From Aplysia californica (Eukaryota), in assembly GCF_000002075.1 (NCBI RefSeq), contig NW_004797524.1, positions 464,741 to 528,740 of the forward strand: DNA of 64,000 bases. Direction: 5' to 3'. Shown here in pieces: positions 60,697 to 64,000 of this stretch. Below the pieces are notes generated by a model that had not been told where the DNA came from, did not search any database, and saw only the letters and a program-made list of their open reading frames with translations. Position numbers and translations under genes: made by a program. How positions within the stretch are numbered: position 1 is the first letter of the stretch; every line of letters starts with the position of its first letter.

Positions 60697-62510
60697 TTAA
60701 GCTTGCAAACTAACACATTTCAGACGGATGTCTCAAAAAGACAAAACAAAAATTAAAGAGATGCACTGAACCTCGCATACAATAAATTCAGACTCAACGA
60801 AAGGAGAAGGATTCTCTTTTACTTCTAATTCATAAAAAATCAATAAAATATGACGGTTCCCCGTATTCAAAGAACACTTAAACAAGCAAACTCGTCTCAA
60901 TGAAGTTGCTTGCATAACTAACAACCCCAGCTGTTATAGCTCCATGCATTTAAGCATACTGAACGTGGATCATCAGCAGATGGGAAGTCTTGAATTTTTT
61001 TGCCAAGCTGCTAAATAGTCAGAAATAAATCTACATAATGAGCGGTGGGTAGGAGGTCTGTGGAACCAAACACCAGTCAAAACGTCAAAACTGGCCCTAC
61101 TGAGTATTACGTAAAGTGCGGCAAACAATCTGTTATATGACACAAGACCTGTATTTGAGCAAAGTGTGCTTTTAAACAACTTGGGTTTTGGCCCATTATT
61201 TTGTTGTCTAAACAAGTCCAGCCTTAATCTATAACATGCTCAGAATAGCAGCAAAGTAAAGGAAACAATTCTTGGTTGGAATCAAACTGCTGCTTATTCA
61301 AGAAGTTGAAGACCAGGGGGAAAAGGTAGGTTTTGTGGAGGACACTACAGCGCACCTAGCTCCCTGCCAGCTTTTTTAAAAGAAAAGGAAATGATACGAG
61401 CATCCGTATACCAAAAAACACATTAACTAAAGCGTCAATGAAGATATGTACTTAAGTCGAGGACGTATGATGTCAAAGGACTTCCAAGTTCTCGTGTGGT
61501 TCATGAGAAATAACAGAATGTGACTTTTACACTAGCTCAGTCCTATTGGCCGGGCTGCGTCAAGGAAAGAAACCATTCATAAAACCACTTTGCGGCCCCA
61601 ATAGTTCTTTTTCTTTATGCCAGCACTGCGACAATTCAGAACAAATTATGTCCCTATCGTCCATTAAAATATGCTCATATTATGTTAGTCCCATTTTTCT
61701 TTATAATAAAGTTAAGAAATACTTGATTCAACAAAATTGAAGTCTGCTCCTGACAACTTCGATATATGTGAGTTTCACAGTATCAGAAGCTACTTCAAAA
61801 GTTATGGAAATAGTATTTTCAGAAGGCCCTGCACAAGAATCCTAAAATACCAGTACAACTTTTCAAAACTAAAAACGGGAGGGTCAAGTTGGTTAGCACT
61901 GGCCAATTAATCCCCTCCAATGGAGATGTGATCACATTCATAAGAATATGATAAGAATGACTGATCTGTGATGCAACAGGCACTGATCACTGCTTAGTTG
62001 ATAAGCGGTGCCCATCCAGGTTTTTGTTCTATAAATTATGATCCGAAACGCTGGATTTTAGTCTAATGTTATCCTACAGGACAGGATCTTGGGGGGGGGA
62101 GGGGACTTTTGTGGAGTAAAAATTTTGTTTTCTGAAAACAGCGGGATCTTATGGGAAGACCCCAGTCGGCGATCCCAGACAATATCGATAAATTTTTAAA
62201 AACTATTCAACTTTTGTTTTTTTGTGGAAAAACATCCGCAGACATCTGTTCTATCGGGTCACAATGAAGAAACTGTTGAAAAAAACACCCTAAATGACCC
62301 AAAAGGGCGTTTGAAAAGCGCAAATTGCACTAAAAATCCTTATAAAATTCCTCGATTATTCTGTCTTTCTCAAAATCTACTTTTTGACATATTATGTGAC
62401 CTCCTTGGTGCAAGGAGTTTTCAAAAACTACTGATGCTAGAGGCTTTAAATTTCGCTTACAGATGCTTTCGGATCTATTCTGGGGATCTATGTGAGGGAA
62501 TTGGGATTTA

Positions 62511-63325
62511 CAGTCGAACCTGTGTAAGACGGCCACCCATTGTCAAGGAGAAAAGTGGCTGTATAACACAGGTGGCCGTCTTAGGCAGGACTGATCAAGA
62601 TGAAGAAAACAAACCATTCCCATCTGAAGTCCCAATCGAAAGTAGCCGCCTTGTTGTTGTTTTTGTTGTTTTCGCTGGGTTTTTTCTCTTTTTTTCTTTT
62701 GTTGCTGCTTTTGTGCAAGGGTGACAATAAAACGAAATGTGTGAGATGAAGAGAACCGAGTGCTATGGTAAAACAAAAAAACGTGTCTCTACCATTCGGA
62801 GAACGAGCGACGCTTCTGTCGCAAGTTCATGTTGACGTCCTTTGTTACTTTGTTACAGACTGGATAAACAGTGACCACTCATCTCACTTACGATTTGTGT
62901 GTATGAGTTCTGGGCGGGACTTATGGGTTATGAGGGATCACACGCTTACCCCACCAGCAGATGAAAATTAATTCTGTTACCTTTTGGTCAACAGTGGGAG
63001 GGGCCTACGAAACATGATCGGTTTGAGGGACTACCTAACAACAACGACAGGTGATTAGATTAGGACGGGTCGCGCACAACGCCAGGGGCTAATGCTTGAT
63101 TTATGACAAAACGTAATGGAGTCACTAAGGTGGTCGTCTAAGACAGGTGTTATTGCTTTGTGTGATAGGGGTTGTGTGTTAAAATACGGTGGCCACGGCC
63201 GCGTTGGACAGGTGCCGGTTTTACACAGTTAAATTATAGAGAAAAAACATAAGGGGGGAAATGGAAAGTGGCCGTTTGTACAGGTGGCCGTCTTATAGAG
63301 GTGGCCGTCAGGGCAGGTTCGACCG
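62511..63325. mobile_element. Tigger/pogo-like MITE family B, long form
   Basis: TA|CAGTCGAACCTG...CAGGTTCGACCG|TA with repeated subterminal GGTGGCCGTC motifs. Confidence 0.85.
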
Positions 63326-64000
63326 TATAGAGTTATGGGAAAATTTTTAAAATCATGAATGAAAACTAAGTAAATTACAGTAAAATCACACCAAAACAAA
63401 ACCACTAAAAATCACAGTTTTAAATTCAGATAAAGATCATGATTGCATTTGACTTTTAAATGCCTTTATGACTAGCTCTTATTGATTGGATTTATATGAA
63501 TGAATATGACTGTTGACAATAGGGCACTATAGAAAACAGTAAATAATATGACCAATTAGGTAAGCCATTTAAAATCATTTGAGATTCAAACCGAGTAGTT
63601 TACAGGCAGTGTAGTGATAAATAAAAACAAATCATGGTAAATAAAAACAAATTTTGAACTTGTATGAAAAAGAAATAATTAGGAGTGAAAACAACTTATG
63701 AACTTGTATGAAAAAAAAAAGAATGAATAACTAAAAACTGCTGTAAAGCAGTTAAACAGTGTGAGATTCTATGATTTAAATGAAAACAAGTTTTGAAAAT
63801 ACAGGTTTCCCCTACATGTATGTTATATATATTTTAAAAAAGACCTAATCAATCAGCATGTCATATTATGACTTATGACTAAATCAGAATATTGAATATG
63901 TTGCACACACAATATAGAAAAAGACCGGCTTACTTTTTGTCCCTTATGGGAAAAAACAAGTGATTTCAGAGAATAGTGCTGTCTTATCAGACGTCTATTT

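Overview
AT-rich, intron-containing animal genomic DNA. It is probably a lophotrochozoan invertebrate such as a mollusc, an inference from the repeat content and gene style; there are several N-gaps. Hand-spliced genes, left to right: (1) the last four exons of a neutral ceramidase (+); (2) a TEX33/CIMIP4-like gene (-) with two homologous alternative last exons; (3) an unidentified 5-exon gene (+); (4) a second, divergent TEX33-like paralog (-) arranged head-to-head with (5) mitochondrial thioredoxin TXN2 (+); (6) an intronless 750-aa secreted protein (+); (7) the 3' exons of NOL12 (-). The 750-aa protein has two 12-Cys Ly6/uPAR-like domains, a Thr-rich stalk and four Ig domains. It is the most unusual item: each Cys domain is split at the same position by a long insert bracketed by amidation and convertase sites, resembling a prohormone B-C-A layout. 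Intergenic DNA and introns hold tRNA-derived SINEs, RTE and RNase H-bearing LINE fragments, and Tigger/pogo-like, piggyBac-like and unclassified MITEs, some of them nested.
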